Part shown: piece by piece, positions 1 through 14,700 of the stretch
How positions within the stretch are numbered: position 1 is the first letter of the stretch
How the letters are laid out: each line of letters starts with the position of its first letter
NCBI GenBank assembly: GCA_030704615.1
Contig: CM060732.1
Span: forward strand, 40,238,001-40,302,000
DNA length: 64,000 nucleotides
Direction: 5' to 3'
Origin: Takakia lepidozioides
Taxonomy: Eukaryota > Plantae > Bryophyta
Notes under the pieces: generated by a model
What the model was told of the DNA's origin: nothing
What the model saw: only the letters and a program-made list of their open reading frames with translations
Database searches by the model: none
Program-made: the position numbers and the translations under genes

Positions 1-1399
1 TATGGCGTTACTCCAAACTATTGGTGTCACTCCGACGATGTCACCCCATTTCATGTGACTCCGGTGTCTGGTGTTACTCCAATCTGTGTCATTCTCTCTT
101 GTGGGTGGGAAAATTTGATAAGCTGGAAATCAGCATACAGATCATATGTTTACATTAAGTTCTTACATTATTGCTATTGTTCGCCATTTGTTCAGCACTT
201 TGATTAGCAAACAATGTACATTGATCTAGTCTTTTCGTTTTGGCAATAAGTCTACTGCGAGATATTAAAAGAATCTACGGTGTGTGGATTGTTATCCATG
301 AACAGTATGAGCATTATAGGGAAAAGGTGGATCCAGTGAATGCTCAGAGACACCGCGTCGAGGCTACGGTTGGACAAGTTGCAGCGCTTGGGCTTGGAGG
401 ATATAGCTCTCTCTATGAGTATTACAAGGGGAAAAAACGTCACCCCAAAGTCAGGCTGCAACAAACCAGTGAAGGAGGCCATCATCATGGGCATCACCAC
501 AAACAATGGTCGAACCTTCTGAGAGGTGACACAATATAGTTTAACTACAAAACGATAATTTAGGGTTCAAGAAAAATGTCGCCTTGAAAAGATCATATTG
601 GTATTGCACATACACATAGGTGTTAGCACTTGAGTGTGCAAAGTCCAAGACTCCTAAGGTGCTAAAATATAACCTTGTCCAACTGAAGTAGTACCTAGTT
701 TGAAGAGTTGAAGAGAGAGATGACGCCAACCAAGGCTAGGATAAATAATCTTGACCCCTTCCAGAAGTGGGCTCGACATATACTTATAGATGGCTCGTCC
801 CCAAGGAAGCATAAAATATAGTGTCTCTTATATATATATATACATATAAGTGGTGGTCTCTTTACAAAGTGACAGTTAGACTACTTTCTATCTTGTGTCT
901 TTTATGATAAGTGCGGCGAAGGATCCAATTGCGGTGAGGTGGACGTCGCAGATGTAGGGTATGGTTGATATGTGGGTTAGGCCAAGGTTTTGTTTCAGAC
1001 TCCAAATATAGGCATTAATGGCATGGGTAGATAAGGCATGGTAAGAGCCACAAAGCTGTAAGGTTGAACCAAAGTTTCTAAGACTGTGAGAGCATGAGTT
1101 TGTAAAGTTGTCAAACCCCTTGTGGGGACTTGCACGAATTTCCCAAATTGCACAATTTGAGGAGTCTAGAAGCGAGTGCTCATGATAACACGGGATACCA
1201 TTGTTCTGAAAGCCTCATCTCCAGCCGTAACATCTGCATTTTGATGTTCTTAAGATAATCATATAAATAACCTAGGTGCAAAGGTAACTCGAGGTACACC
1301 ACATGGAATCCAAATGTATATACACATCCACATAAACTACAGCGGCTTCAGGTGTACCATATTCAGATTACTTGGTTTCTTTTTCAGCAAAACGAAGAT

Positions 1400-2385
1400 T
1401 TTGAAGAAGAAATCTTCATGATGAAGTAACACAAGGTTTCATCATTAAAGGTAAAGATGATCGTTTTTGTCCGTTGAAGAAGGCATTATACGGGCTTATA
1501 CACAAGGGTCCAAAGTCCAAAGCTTGCTACCTCAAATTGACAAAGTGCCTATTGCCATTGTTTCAATCAAAACACCTCAGATCCTTGTCTTTATATGATT
1601 GAGGGAAAACATGTAGTCATCATGGTTGTGTATGTATGACTTGGAAAGGTTACTCACCATCAAGAACATGCTATGAACATTATTCAGAATGGTTGATATG
1701 GATGAGGCTCACTCTCATTCAAGCACCAGCCCAGAGAAAAATCATCCTGAGCCAGGGAAGGTGTAACATTTTTGAGAACCTCTTCAAGTTTAACATAAGC
1801 GAGTGTCAAGTGTCAACCAGTGTTAAGTGGTAGCCTGTACACTATGGAGGAGCAAGACGTCCCTTGTCAAAATGTCGGGTAGTTTGATGTGGGCCATAGT
1901 AAACCTTGCTTATTCAATCAGGTTGTTGAGTCAGGTAGTGACTAAACCCGGACATGCACATTGGACCGCAATGAAGCATACATGTACATCTACAAATATC
2001 TATAGGGTACACTCTGAGTTAAGTGGGAGTTGCAGTGAGCTTCAAATTACAAGGATAGTATTTTGATGCTTGGGTAGGCGACCTGGATGACTGACGATCC
2101 ACCTCGGGATGTGTTTTCAGCTGGAGGAGGCGCGAGTAGCGGGTACATTGCTGCAAGCAACTCCGCTAAACATGCAATCTAGCTGCGAAGTATCATATAC
2201 ATTATTGGCTTTCCCCAAGTTTCACCTACTACATTGCATACACTTGATTCAAAATCCAAAATCCAGTTCACTATACTCGCACGAAGCACATTGACATTGG
2301 CTATCGGTACTTCCGTGGGAGTGGTGAAAGCGGTGCAGCTTTGTAACCTCATTCAATCCTTTAGAGACCCTGATTGATAGGGAGC
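1400..2385 (+). mobile_element. Degenerate Ty1/copia LTR retrotransposon pol relic (RT-RNaseH)
   Basis: Frameshifted translations in copia order: GFIIKGKDDRFCPLKKALYGL, SDPCLY, LLSQVVTKPGHAHWTAMKH, DAWVGDLDD*RSTSGCVF, KHIDIGYRYF. A purine-rich tract near 2375-2385 may be the PPT. Confidence 0.85.
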
Positions 2386-2789
2386 GATAAAAATCAGGAG
2401 CCCTACGTATGTGATCGTTCCGTGATTTCCGTTAGGAACAGTGACATAGATCGATTAGGTAGATGAGATGACCTCATGTGGTCACTCCTTGTGTATATAA
2501 TTGATACTATTCCCAATACAAGTATCTGTTACATTTGCAAGTCTATGTGTCCCTTCAACTCTTTCCTGCTGCAAACTCTGTGTTAGTGTCTACTGTCTAA
2601 CCGTGCCAGGGGGTGTGCTAATGACCTCAAAAGCAATGGCCAGCTTCTCACTGTGGTGGCACAGAGAAATTTCCTTTTGCTTACGTCATGCAATACAAAG
2701 CGAATGTCAGGCACATACCCACCATCCTTCAGACATTCAGACAATCTATTCAGTGACAATCTATAACAGATGATGATTATGTCATTCAG

Positions 2790-3770
2790 GCATAGACATG
2801 GCATAAATATATAGATATGGCCCTGGTTCCTTTCTCACACCTCTGTCCTGCATCACTTTTCTCACCTTTGCTGTATCATCCCACCTGCCAGCTGCAGCAT
2901 CGATGTTTGACAGCAGCACATGAGTTCCAGCCTCCTCTGGGTTGAACTTAAGAAGGCATTTCGCGAATGAAGTCCTCAGCCAGTAAGCCAATCGCCCTGC
3001 ACGGCCAAGAAGGTCCACCATGCAGGCATAATGCTCCACTGTAGGAGTGAGGCCACGATCTCTGACTCATGGAATCAAAGAAGTAACGGCCTTCAACCAC
3101 AAGGCGAGCATGGCTGAGAAGAAAAATTAAAGTAATACAGTCCGGCTTTAAGCTAAATTTCCTCTTGCATTCTACAAATGCTTGCAGCGCTTCTATACCA
3201 AACCCACGCTGATCGTATCCTGCCATCATTGTACTCCATGAAACCACGTCTCGTCGAGACATGTTGTCGAGAACTTGACATCCTTCACGCTCCCGCAGTT
3301 TGCATAAATGTCAACTGGGCTATTCTCCAGAATGATATCTGCCCAGCAATTCCTTGTTTGATAATGTCACCCTGGCGTCCTTTTGGCTGGCACAAAAATT
3401 GAGAAAACAAATGAACGTGAGCTTGTTGGCTGTTACGCTTTCCCGTCTCATCTGCTCAAACATGTCCAAACCCTCCCTGCCACACAGAATCCTGAGCATA
3501 TCGTACAATCAAGGCACTCCACGAGATCACATTTCCTTGGGCCATACCTATGTACTGTGGAACATTTGACGTGAATCCTTTGTGCTCCACATCTGCAGTA
3601 CGTCCAGAAGAGCAGTGTCCAGGCACACGTTGCGAAATTCCAGCTGTAGTCATGTCGTTATCGACCTCTCTTGCTTTTCAAAGGTTGCCAGGATGGCACA
3701 CGCATTGAAAGTTCGGTATGGCTGCTCAGGTTTCCAAACCTGCTCCAAAGTCTGGAAGAGTTAAGACCAG
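2790..3770 (-). pseudogene. PLS-class pentatricopeptide repeat (PPR) pseudogene with E domain
   Basis: ORF pieces in different frames: DVVSWSTMMAGY..., EGRYFFDSM, EHYACMVDLLGRAGRL, HVLLSNIDAAAGRWDDTAKVRKVMQDRGVRKEPG. Multiple frameshifts and deletions. Confidence 0.9.
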
Positions 3771-4792
3771 CCTAGCCAGGATCCTGGGAAGAATAGATGA
3801 TACTGCTAACGCAAACCTGGATTGTTTCGTGCAAACAGATCATTTGGTGAATTACTGAGTATGAAGTATGTGCTTCCTCTTGGGGAATTGCCAACTGGTA
3901 CACACTACACACATTTGCCTTCGCTCTGTAGTCAGGTTTAATCAGTCCCAGTGGAGTCTAAATCGTGTCAGAATCACAAAGACAAGGCATGCGGACAAAC
4001 CTTGGCAATGCTAATACAGTCAAAGAATACAGATAGAGAACAATCTAAGCAGAGTGATCTAAGACTTGTGCACATAGATCTTCAAAACCAGATTAAAGAT
4101 TACCAAGAGGAATGAATCCATTGTCTACTAGAGAAGTAGCTGCACATGAAATGCTGAAGGGAAAAATTACTTGTGCGCTCAAGTACCTAGAGAAATTACA
4201 CTAGCATAAATCTCTGCATCAGGCAAACCATCAGCAGCAAGAAACAAAGATAAGAATATATCAGACTGCACACACACCACAACCTAGCACAGAAGGTGTA
4301 ATAATGCTCACAACATGGAGAATCAAACAGAATCAAGCAGGGATGCTCAACAAATAAACATGTATGCGAAGATTGGAGGGCAGGATGCTGCAGGGGCCAA
4401 AGAGTATTGGAAATGAACCTTCTCGCGCCACGAGATCTGCATGCATATCCAGCTTCAGTTTCAACAAAGATAACAGCAGGAGCCAAAGAGAATGGACAAT
4501 CCACTGGAGCAACAGTAATGCAACATGAAGGGGGTGCTTTATGTAAATAAAAAGAACCTCACCCCTTGGTGAGAAACAGTTACATGACTTGATTAGATCA
4601 AGCCTGGCCTGTGTGGATCGGCCACCTGTCACAAATGCATGGCTGTCAACTGAGATGAGAAGATGAATCAGAACAAGCCAGCACAGAGAGAAGCAATTGG
4701 AGACCTGGGAGTGTGAGAAGAGGGAGAGTAGGCGAAGAGGATGCAGGACTAAGGGTGGTGGTAATTCTGCCCCTTTTCTGAACTGCTCATCC

Positions 4793-7700
4793 TTAAACAA
4801 GTAATTGAGAGAGAAGCTGAGACATTAGGATTTCTTGTTCCTCTGCCTCATCAACCACTTTAACAGAGTGATGCCCCCATTGTTGGACACCTGATGATAC
4901 AGAGTAGCCATTCTTGGCAGTATTCCTTGACGCTTCAGGCAGAACTGGGGAAGTCCCTTTGGAAAATGCACTGATACCAGATTGGAAGTATGACTGCCCA
5001 TTCAACATGACATTGGTTGATGTGTAAAATGAGGATGGGTCTGAGCCAGAATAATTTGTGAACCCATTGCTTCCCATGCTTTTAGATGCTTGGGGAGGCT
5101 GGTAGCTCCAGATTCCATCCAAAGACGCAGCTGCGTTGACTGTTGCTGCGAATGGGGAATCATTGGCTGCGATGGCCTCTGTCAGCTGGGCAATCACTTG
5201 CTCATCAAACCCAAAAGTGTCATTCAAGACAGCCGCTGCCACACTGGTGACAGTAGAAACAGTAGGCTCACTGAACATCCCACTATGCAGCAACCCACTG
5301 GAGAATGAGTCGAACTGTTCAGAGTGGCCAAGCGAGGCAGGAGAGAACCCCCCAGACTTTGGCAAGCCTCCATCATTGATGGGTTTCATATCTTGTCGCG
5401 GTGCCTGGGTACCATCCATGCCCAAAAGTGCATTGTAGCGAGCCAAATCGGAGATGAACCCACTTCCAAAATGACCAAAACCCCCGCTCTCTGACTCATA
5501 ACTAGTAGTACTGCCACTGAAGGGTGAAAATGGGCGCCCGTTGGTGGTCCCATTAAGTACACTCTCCCATACACCAGTTCCAAGGCCTGATCCTTTAGCA
5601 GAGGCCATTTCATAAGAGACACCTTCAATACCTTGTGCCTGTCAAAACAACTTCATTTGAGAATGGTTCTCCCTATTATCGCTCAATCGACAAGGTCCCA
5701 TCTGTGGTAAATTGGTATATGGAAATACAGAGGTAGCCTTCCTCTCATGGATGGCTACTCTGCTCCTGTCTAAATAAACTCTGCGTCTCTCACTCTTCCT
5801 CCCACTCTTCCCTGGATGTTTCAAGTTTCTTTGTGTGCAAGTTCAAAAATCTCCCATTCTGCTCTCTTTCGATCTCTTCTCCCCTTCCTTTCCATTCAGC
5901 TCCTTCCACATTGCCAATTAAGTCTAATGAGTAGTCTTTCTATATCTAGTTCACTTGGGTAGTGTAAACTGACCTGCACTGGCCTCCTTTCCTCTTCAAG
6001 AACTGGAGGTTTGCTCATTGAGGTCTTGGACCTTAAATGGTTAATAGCTGCTTCAATATCTCCCCTTGTGCTTACGACTGCAGCCTCCACTTGATTCTGG
6101 AGTAAATGCCCAACCATATGGGTTAAGTTCTACACATTCACCAGACAGATATTCTCTGCACAGAAAAAATCTCTTTCTCTCTCAACCTTGCTCTCAAAAT
6201 TGACATGGGGGATGATGGTAATCATTCATTAGTTGATTATGTGCAAAGTCGATAAATTCATGACCTGCAGAGAAAATAAGACGAACAGACATTACTGCAT
6301 GCTGAGACTAGCAGTTACCACAGTGCTTAACAAACTGCACACTGAGTGCCTTAGACTCCTAACAAGGGAATTAGTCTGCAGACAAACAAGACAAACTGTT
6401 TCAACTATGAATACCAATGGCAACTGGCAGCCAAACCCATAGAGCAACACAGACAGCACAAGGTAGAAAGTTATCAAAATTCTACTTAAAAACAGACCTG
6501 CATGAATCCCTTAGAATGCAGTATCTCCTCCAGCACCTTCAGCTCTGCCGTTATGTCCTGTCCACAAAACGATTATTTGTTAACTCACTGCAGTCAGTGC
6601 CCACATAAAACAGTCACTGACTTTTTACTGCCTAGCACCTTCACCCAATTCTTTCAACAGCAGTTGTTGCTTAGGGTGGGACCATATTCAGTCATTAACT
6701 TTGTGACAATTCATTTCCCACAACCATGCTTCCAAGCTCATCCATAAACAACATAACTCCTATGCTTGCAAGATAGATCCGCTCTGATTTATTTTGACAG
6801 AACAAGGAAGGACTCGGCATTGTCAGTACCTCACAGAAATTGTCGAAGACAGTTTCTGCAGCAAAAAAATTACAGCTACACTGCAACATTAACTATCACC
6901 TCTCAACGAACAACCTTACCATCAGGTTGCCAGCAATGTCAAATATACGTTTCCATCTTGCCCAAAACACAAGGAAACACGAACCCCTCTTACCCCCCAC
7001 CCTGTTAAACAGTTGTCTTCCCTCTCTCTCCCCTCACAACAGTAGTGTCAGCTTGTCATCTGGGCAGAATAAGCATCAAGCAGGAAACCCCATGCGTGCG
7101 TCATAGCCAACATACAACCAGAGCAGTCAACGAGTAAATCTTTCTCCCTCTGTATCTCCCTCACACACTTTCTGTATCTTGACAATCCACAATGCAGGTA
7201 GGACAGAGCAAGCAGAAATCCATAAACACTGTGCTCTCTTACCAGTCTCTCTTGACTTTGCACAGGCATATCCGCCCGCATAGTGGACCCATTACGTAGA
7301 AGCCAATCTATGCACTGGTGCAGATCACTGCCGCAGATCCGTACGGCCAAAATAGATTGCCAGTCAGCAAATCCAAGACTGCACAAAAGAACTCCAAGAA
7401 ATTAGATCAGAAGTTGGTACCCAAAAGGGAAGACTTACCAGTATACCTTATGGTAGACCATAAGGAACCTCCACCATTTTGCTGCCCCTCAACTGAAATG
7501 CATGTCCAACTCAATTTATTATATCTGGTGTTATCATTCTCATGTTCCCCAAGCTGGTCCTGCTATAGCCATCCTCCAATGTAAAAATTACAGGATAAGA
7601 AAGAAGCAGCTTACTCTTGCAACTGTTTGGCGAGTGTAAATGACTTCTTTTCACAAATAGCAAACACACAGCTTTGGCTCCAAGACCTTAATCCAATCCC

Positions 7701-10700
7701 TAAAGCCACGGAAGGTTGCCTCTCCACCAGCTGACAAGGTTTGGGCTGGCTTTCATCTTGAACGACTCTTGCTGCAGCTGCAGCTGCTGCTGCAGCCTCC
7801 TCTGCTTCTCGTTTCTCACGTGCCTTCGCTGCCCGTTGCAAGTGCTTTTTCTCATTTTTTGTACGAGCCCTGCACCACAGAGAGAGAGTGCTCCATACTG
7901 AGACCATTAAAGCTTGTTGGTTTGGACTTTGGATGCAGGCCAAACATAGCTAATTGACTATGAAATGTTTTGTCAGAAAACTCATGGACAAGAACCACCT
8001 CAGTACACTGACCTCACAAAAGAAGTTCATAATAATACTATTGGGCTGAAGGTCTGCGGATAGCTGACTCCCACAAATGGTCGTGAGATTACACCAGAAA
8101 GCTGCGACTAACACAGTCCAGCCATCTACTGACAAAATTTACACAATACTCTAATATCACGGCACATTCATGCAGGGACGTGTACTTGCCTCAGACAACT
8201 TCCACGGAAACTTTAATACTATGAGGAAGGAAGCTGTTAGAAAACAGAAATGCCATGTGACATCATGAACAAACTTGAAAGTTACACTGACAAATTCATA
8301 TTTCAGGATACATTTCTTCCCCCTATTCTCTTTGCTTATCGCACCGCCGTTGCTAGCACTAAGAAGACTCCTTTTGAGTTGTTGACTGCAGAAACAAGCG
8401 GGTGCTTAAAGGTAACATACCTGGCCCGGCGAGCATCCAGATCATCCTCTGCTGTCGCAAGACCTATAACGTCAGGTATGGCAGGTTGGCCTGGAGCTGA
8501 GGAGCATGAAGGTGGAGTGAGAGGAGTTACTGGGCGGCTGTCTTGGGCTGGGGTCGGTGATGGAAAAAGTGGACTTGGAGGCCTTAACTCCTTTTGCTGC
8601 TATCATCATGGGCATCATTTCTCAGAAGCTTATACATCTATGTAAAACAGGGGAGAAATCCAGGCATTTCTCACAAGTGCGAATAGGCTCACTAAAACTG
8701 CACAAGAGCAAATTGAGTGTAAGCTCTTCAACAACTGCCAACAGGTAGACAAGTGGTTGGAGCACTATAGGTGGTCCTGACTTTGAATGCACATAGGCCC
8801 ATGTCTCAAAGCACCCTGTGTGCTACAAGGGTAAGCTGATCACCCACCAACTGCATTCACATATGGTATGCCTTTCATGGTGAAAGACTGTGCCTGCCAG
8901 TAGCAGAATGTGTGAGCAGCTGGGAGTACAGTACTCAGTTAAAGTCTAAACAGGTTCCCACACAGACATCTTACGGCTGTGAACTCGTCATGTGAGATAA
9001 GGGTTTCGATAATTGAGGAAACACCCTGGAGTCACTCTTCTCTGCTCACATCATTCCCTCGGTGTCTAGGGTACCAACCATCCATTTGGCTGTGCTATCA
9101 AAAGTGCTGTGTGCTAGAAAATTCTGGCATGGCTCTTTCACACTGTTAAGGATATAGCAAGGTTTGCGGATGTATAGCAACTGATTACTACGTGTAGGAG
9201 CAGACATTTTCATAGAGCTTAGCAATCCCGTTCAATTAGATGTGTTATCCTAGCATACACCAATTGGCATGCATGTGCTCCAATAACTGGCAATTGCAGC
9301 CTCGGGCCTAACCAAACAAGCAGGTCATCTGCTTACCCCAAATGCATTCGAAGGGTCTCCATTTCGTGGGCGCCCAGTTGCCCATGCATTAACCACAGGG
9401 ACTGCCCCTATCCCTTGACCAGAAGCCCCAATTTGCTTCAAATGTTGTATTAGTGCCACCCGTCGCGCTTTTTCTTCATCACTGTCTAAGCTTTGAGTAG
9501 ACCCGGTCTCAGAAGATGCAAGATTTCGATCCAACCTCCCACAAAGCTCAAGTCCACTCTTCATAGCCCCACCCCCTTTGCTGGCAGCTATCTCAGAGCG
9601 GGCTGCAACTATAGCAGCCACAGTAGCTTCCCTTGTGAGCAGCTTAGTGCCTCCATTAGAGATGACATTAGAGCTGGAACTACCACTAATACTATGACTA
9701 GCAACCCCACTGTTTCGACCTAGTCCATCACAGGAACTAGGAAATGTGGAGGCTCGATTCAGTAATAAAGGCTTAGGTGTGGTAGACGATTTCTTTTGAT
9801 CAACTTTCTCCTTGTCTTTTTCTAGTTTACTCAACTTGGAATTGGGAAGTGGTGGAACTTGGTCCTTCTCTTTGTCATTGTCATTCTCTTTCTCCTTCTT
9901 ACAAGGTGCTGCTGATGCCACTGCCGGAGGAGCTGGATCTGGCATCTTAGCTTTTCTCCGCTTCTTACTGCCACACACCCAAAATTGAACATCCTTACAT
10001 TACCATTCCCTGCAATACTAGCTGTAAAACACGGTACTTGGGCCAAGATTGTGACTCCATATACAACCCTACACATGTAAAGACCAAAGCATACACATAC
10101 CCACACGAGTGATTGCTGTCATAACAAACCAACTTGTTGCTACAAGTTGATGGATGCATAAAGAAAGAGTACCAGAATTTTGAAATTAAGGAACCTCACC
10201 AACTATCAATTGGAAGTCCATGCCTTGTATGTCAACAACTCAGATTCTTTGAGTAAGTGTCAGAAAGAGAAAGAGAAGAGAAATCTCATACCTACTATCA
10301 TTTCGGGCATGGATTGGATGTGATTTTGTAACCTGCACATTTTCAATCTTATTACTCCCTTTACAGTTTGGGGAAAGACACATCAAATGGGAGGATTGAC
10401 CAAGATACATCAGGCCCTGCCACCCAATTTCACTCACATCCGTGAGCTCATTGACAAGTACAACAACATTGGTTAACTCAGGTCCAACCATTTATAATGA
10501 CATCCGGCTCAGGAATATTTACTTATGTGAGTAATTGCCTTGTAGCCGGCTTCATCAAAATAGTGCCACTATATTGCCACTACATAGCCACAGAAAAGAT
10601 GGCATAAGAACAGCCACCTACCCGGCCGCGACATGGTTTATCACTTTTGGAGCCTTTTCCACAGCCTCGCGGGCATTGAAACCCAGTCTTTCGTTGCCTG

Positions 10701-11767
10701 CAAGCACACACACATATGCCACCAAAGAGAGATGCACGGTGAGAACATCACGACTCTCCAACGTGTGGTAGTTACGTGCATGGGAGTATCACCTAAATCA
10801 CTGGTAGCCCCCTACGGGGGGGGCCAAACAAAGTCACTGACACACGGAAGGCAGATAAATGACAGGCGCACAACATGGTTTGTCAGTACTCATCCCATTG
10901 AGTTACAGCATTTAGTCGTTGTGAATACATTCACTGTAATGAAGGTAAAATCTTCAAGCAATTAACAGTGAGTCACCTCTACCCTTATCACATAATCCAA
11001 ACAGCCCTAGTTCAAAGGAAAATCAATCAAGCTATTGGGCCTTCTGGCACAAGTTCTCCCTCTTGATTACTTCAATTATATACCATAGCTGTGCAAAGAC
11101 TCTTCATGATGTTGATGTTTTAGACACTCTACATGCATGCCAATATCTGTGTTCATATCCATCCATGACAAAGTTGTTTTCCAGCATTGTTAAGAAAACC
11201 TTGCAATCACTATTGAACTAAGTCCCTCTTTTCATGGACATGTTAGATGTCCCAAAACAGGATTGCCAGATGACAGAGTCTAATTGCATTAACAGTCATC
11301 TCAAGTCAGGAAAGTATTTACAAATAGTGAGTGATTCCCTGCAGTAGGATACAACAGTAATACTTTGACAGAAAATGCATGGCCCTCTCCTCTCCTCCTG
11401 CTTTCTCCCCAGGGGTCTAACACCAAATAATACAAATAAAAATACCTGAGACACATGGCAACTCTTGGAGTGGTTCTTTAACCCTTCCATAGTCGACAAT
11501 TGGATACCAAACAAAAGGATAGCAGAAGGAAGCTGAGACCAAATCAGCCAAGAGTCACAAGCAGCCTGGCACGTACTTGTCAAGGCGTATACTTTTAAGG
11601 TAAGTTTCGATGCAATGTTGGTGATAGATTGTTGGTGATGGACATCCTTCAAAAGTACATGCAATTGCATTGAGTTCATCGAATGTGCTGTCACAGATTT
11701 CTCCACAAAGTTCACACAAACCTTCAAGTTCATGCAGTGAAGGGCATGATGCTGCCGCAAGAGCCAT
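4793..11767 (-). CDS. Multi-exon protein with N-terminal C4HC3 (PHD/RING-variant) finger and two UBA-like domains
   Basis: Phase-consistent GT-AG exons: 11767-11577, 10697-10622, 10332-10292, 9967-9337, about 8596-8421, about 7869-7615, about 7378-7233, about 6557-6498, about 6096-5973, about 5638-4793. Finger reads CELC...CTFEGC..TIYHQHC...QCPRGC. UBA-like segments are KQLQDLGFADWQSILAVRICGSDLHQCIDWLL and ELKVLEEILHSKGFMQNQVEAAVVSTRGDIEAAINHL. Confidence 0.85.
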
Positions 11768-14700
11768 GACTTAACACGTCCCCCGATATAGTGGTGTTTT
11801 GGAGGAAGAAAATAATACAAGGACTGGAGACGGATGGCTGACTAAGGACCTCAGAATTGACCAGATGGAGTGGTGGGCTTTGATACTGAGCGAAAATATC
11901 ATGGGACGCAGACAATAAAGCCAAAGAGGGACGAAGCTGGGAGGGATTCAAAGAAATATCCACACAAACTCGGGAACAGGGGGACAAGATGCAGGTCAGT
12001 GATGGCGAGCAGGGATGACAGATGATACACTTTAAGCAAGTCGGAGAAGCTGGCTACAGAGAGACCAAGGTTAATTGGGCATAGAAGAGCCAGATGCTGA
12101 GGCAACCAAGCTACCTGCAAACACCCATAATCAGAAGAAAACAAGATCAGTTTTTCATTGCCTCATTATACTTTTCCACACGTATCAGTAATTCAGAATG
12201 TAGGAAGAAATTAAGTTTCTTGCCATGGTCCAAAAGAAGAAAAGGCAATTGACAGAAACTGGTGCCAACTGAGGTGGACTTGGCAATGTCCATAGTAAGG
12301 AACTGGACCTTCACATCAGGTGGCAAACAACGGTAGTCAAAGATATCCAATTCCACAGAAAAACAAAACAAAATCTGAAGCACTTTCCCTAAGTTTGTAT
12401 GAATTACTCTTCAAGGTTGATTCTAAGGATGCTAGGGCCCAGCCAATTTCTGTGTGTCCAGGTGTGCTGCACATCCCTTCCAGTTTCAGTGAATGGGCTT
12501 AGAGAGCTTTGACAGAACAACTGATTTACTCTTCAGACAGGAAACTGTCATACTCAAGTCCTGCCCCAGATTGCCTGCCTTGTGCACCCCCAACCAATTT
12601 CCAGCCTTGCCTACCCCTTTGAGTGATCAGGCAAGATGGGGGTTATGGTGCCTGGATCTCTCTGAAGAGCTCCTGCATATGTAGAGCAGTTACAAGATCG
12701 GCATTTACTTTTCCGAAATGGGTTTAACGCAAGCCCATAAAGGGTGCACTACCCATCAGAAGGGAGTGGTAGAGGTGGGAGACATTTGGAACGGGCACTG
12801 AAACAGGAGGGGGCATTGCCTGATTCTGAAACGTGCACCCGCTAATCATTGATTTCGACAAGGTGTGGAATCTTCACTGCAACTTAGCTCTAACAGTGAA
12901 GGCAGCGTGGACTCCCCACTGAAGAAACCAGAAATGCAGAAATGAAGAGATCTTACGAACAAGGCCGTAACCTGAGACAAGAGGGGACTGGATTTGAGAT
13001 AAATCGGGACAGCAAAAACTATAGCTGAACTGAATAGGGCCTGCCAAAACAAGAAACACCTAAAAGATAAGGAGAGTCGTAACAGCACGGACAGGAAACT
13101 AAGAGTTTCAAAACACTAGAAAAAATTCGGTGGATCAATCCTCCGCACACAAGATCAGGTTGCGGTGGCCACTCCAAGACTGAGAAGCTCACCCTCACGT
13201 TGACAGATAGAGAAAGAGGGACGGGAAGCAGGCGTGATAGATCGAAAGATCACATTCACAACCTTCACCATAATACCAAAATAACGCCTTCCACTGCGCG
13301 GGAAAACAATGTTTAAGAAGAATTTGGAATACAGAGTCCGCCAGAACAGATCATGGCTGCCATACGCGAGCAACAGCATGCAACAACAAGGGACAGGACC
13401 CGGGACAAGAACCGACAGTGCAAGAGGTGACAACAGGAGCTTACCATATAGCAGCACGCTTGTTTTACTCCTCCAGACCTCTATGATGGCTCTGCCGAGG
13501 CCAAGAAGGAACGATGCAAGCGAGACGAAGCCACACAGACAACAATCGCGCAGATCTCTCACACTCGCATACAATCTTCTTCACACCCCAGTCTCTCCAC
13601 TCCACTCTCACCAAAAGCCCTACAGTAAATCGTAACACCGATTACTTTCACCCCATTTCTCACCTGGCCCACAGGGTAAATTCACAATAAAAACTATTAT
13701 CTTTTAAAACATATTCCTTTTTCTTTGTTGTTTATTCCTTTTATTCTTAAGATAATGGGCGGAACCCCAATCATTTGCTTTTCTTTTCTATTTCTTTTTC
13801 TTCATTTCACAGCTTGCAGCAAATTCCTTAAAAACAAAACAAAAAAAAACAAATTTCTAGAGTTTAGGGTTAGTAACCGACTTGATGTTTTAGATTATCC
13901 AGCCAACAAAAGACAAAACAAACAAAAAAGGAAAAAAAAGGCATTAAAAAAAAAGACATGATAAAGTAATACAACATACAGTAACACTATCTATAAATTA
14001 CTTTTACTAGGTAGCTGAACCTCCACACGAGGGTAGGACCACTGTCGGTAACTCGGCTGTTACTACTTGGATGTATAGAAAGCATTGTTCATTCATTCAT
14101 TTCCTACTAGAAAGTGTGTTTATGGATGATGCGATCTTGATCAAATTTTAAGTTTCATCCATACGGATTCGGGCCTACACGGTATAATAACCCAAACTGA
14201 GTTGCACCCAGGTGATCCTGGGCTCAAATCCTGGCTACTTCATTGTGCATCCAGAGCCCTGTCGGCGAGTGCAATAATTTGATTTTTCAAATAATAGGTT
14301 GCGGAATATAAAATAAAAATATCTGGGATATACGGTGTCTCGCAGCTGCGATTGTACGTGTGGGGCCGCAGTGCTGCAGGGCCTCTGCTGTTGTGGGCCG
14401 TGTGTACAAGGACTGTGGTGATGGTCCCCTCCATGTCGGTCAAGGGTCGGAGAGAGACGGAATCCATGTGGATGAATCCGGTTTGGAGGTGCTGAAGCTT
14501 GGTAATCTTGCTTGACTTGCGTCTGAGATGCAATGGGTGGACGGAGGGAGGTAGAGAGAAATTGCATTAGCTCGGCATTGGTAGATTTAAGTCCATGTTA
14601 GTGCTTGTTAGGCATTGAGCTGACTGAAATGCTGAGCTAATGTTGTCTCTGAAGAGGTTTTCTACCCTTCTGCTGTGTTGGTACCAGAGAAATTCAAGCT

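Noticed and set aside
240-729. Short ORFs at the window start
   Set aside because: No recognisable domain. Probably retroelement debris but unsupported.
6233-6270. Candidate extra exon of the UBA gene (acceptor near 6265)
   Set aside because: Runs into a stop codon, and the flanking exons join in frame to form a complete UBA domain without it.
14170-14240. tRNA/SINE-like B-box (GGGCTCAAATCC)
   Set aside because: No convincing A-box or cloverleaf.
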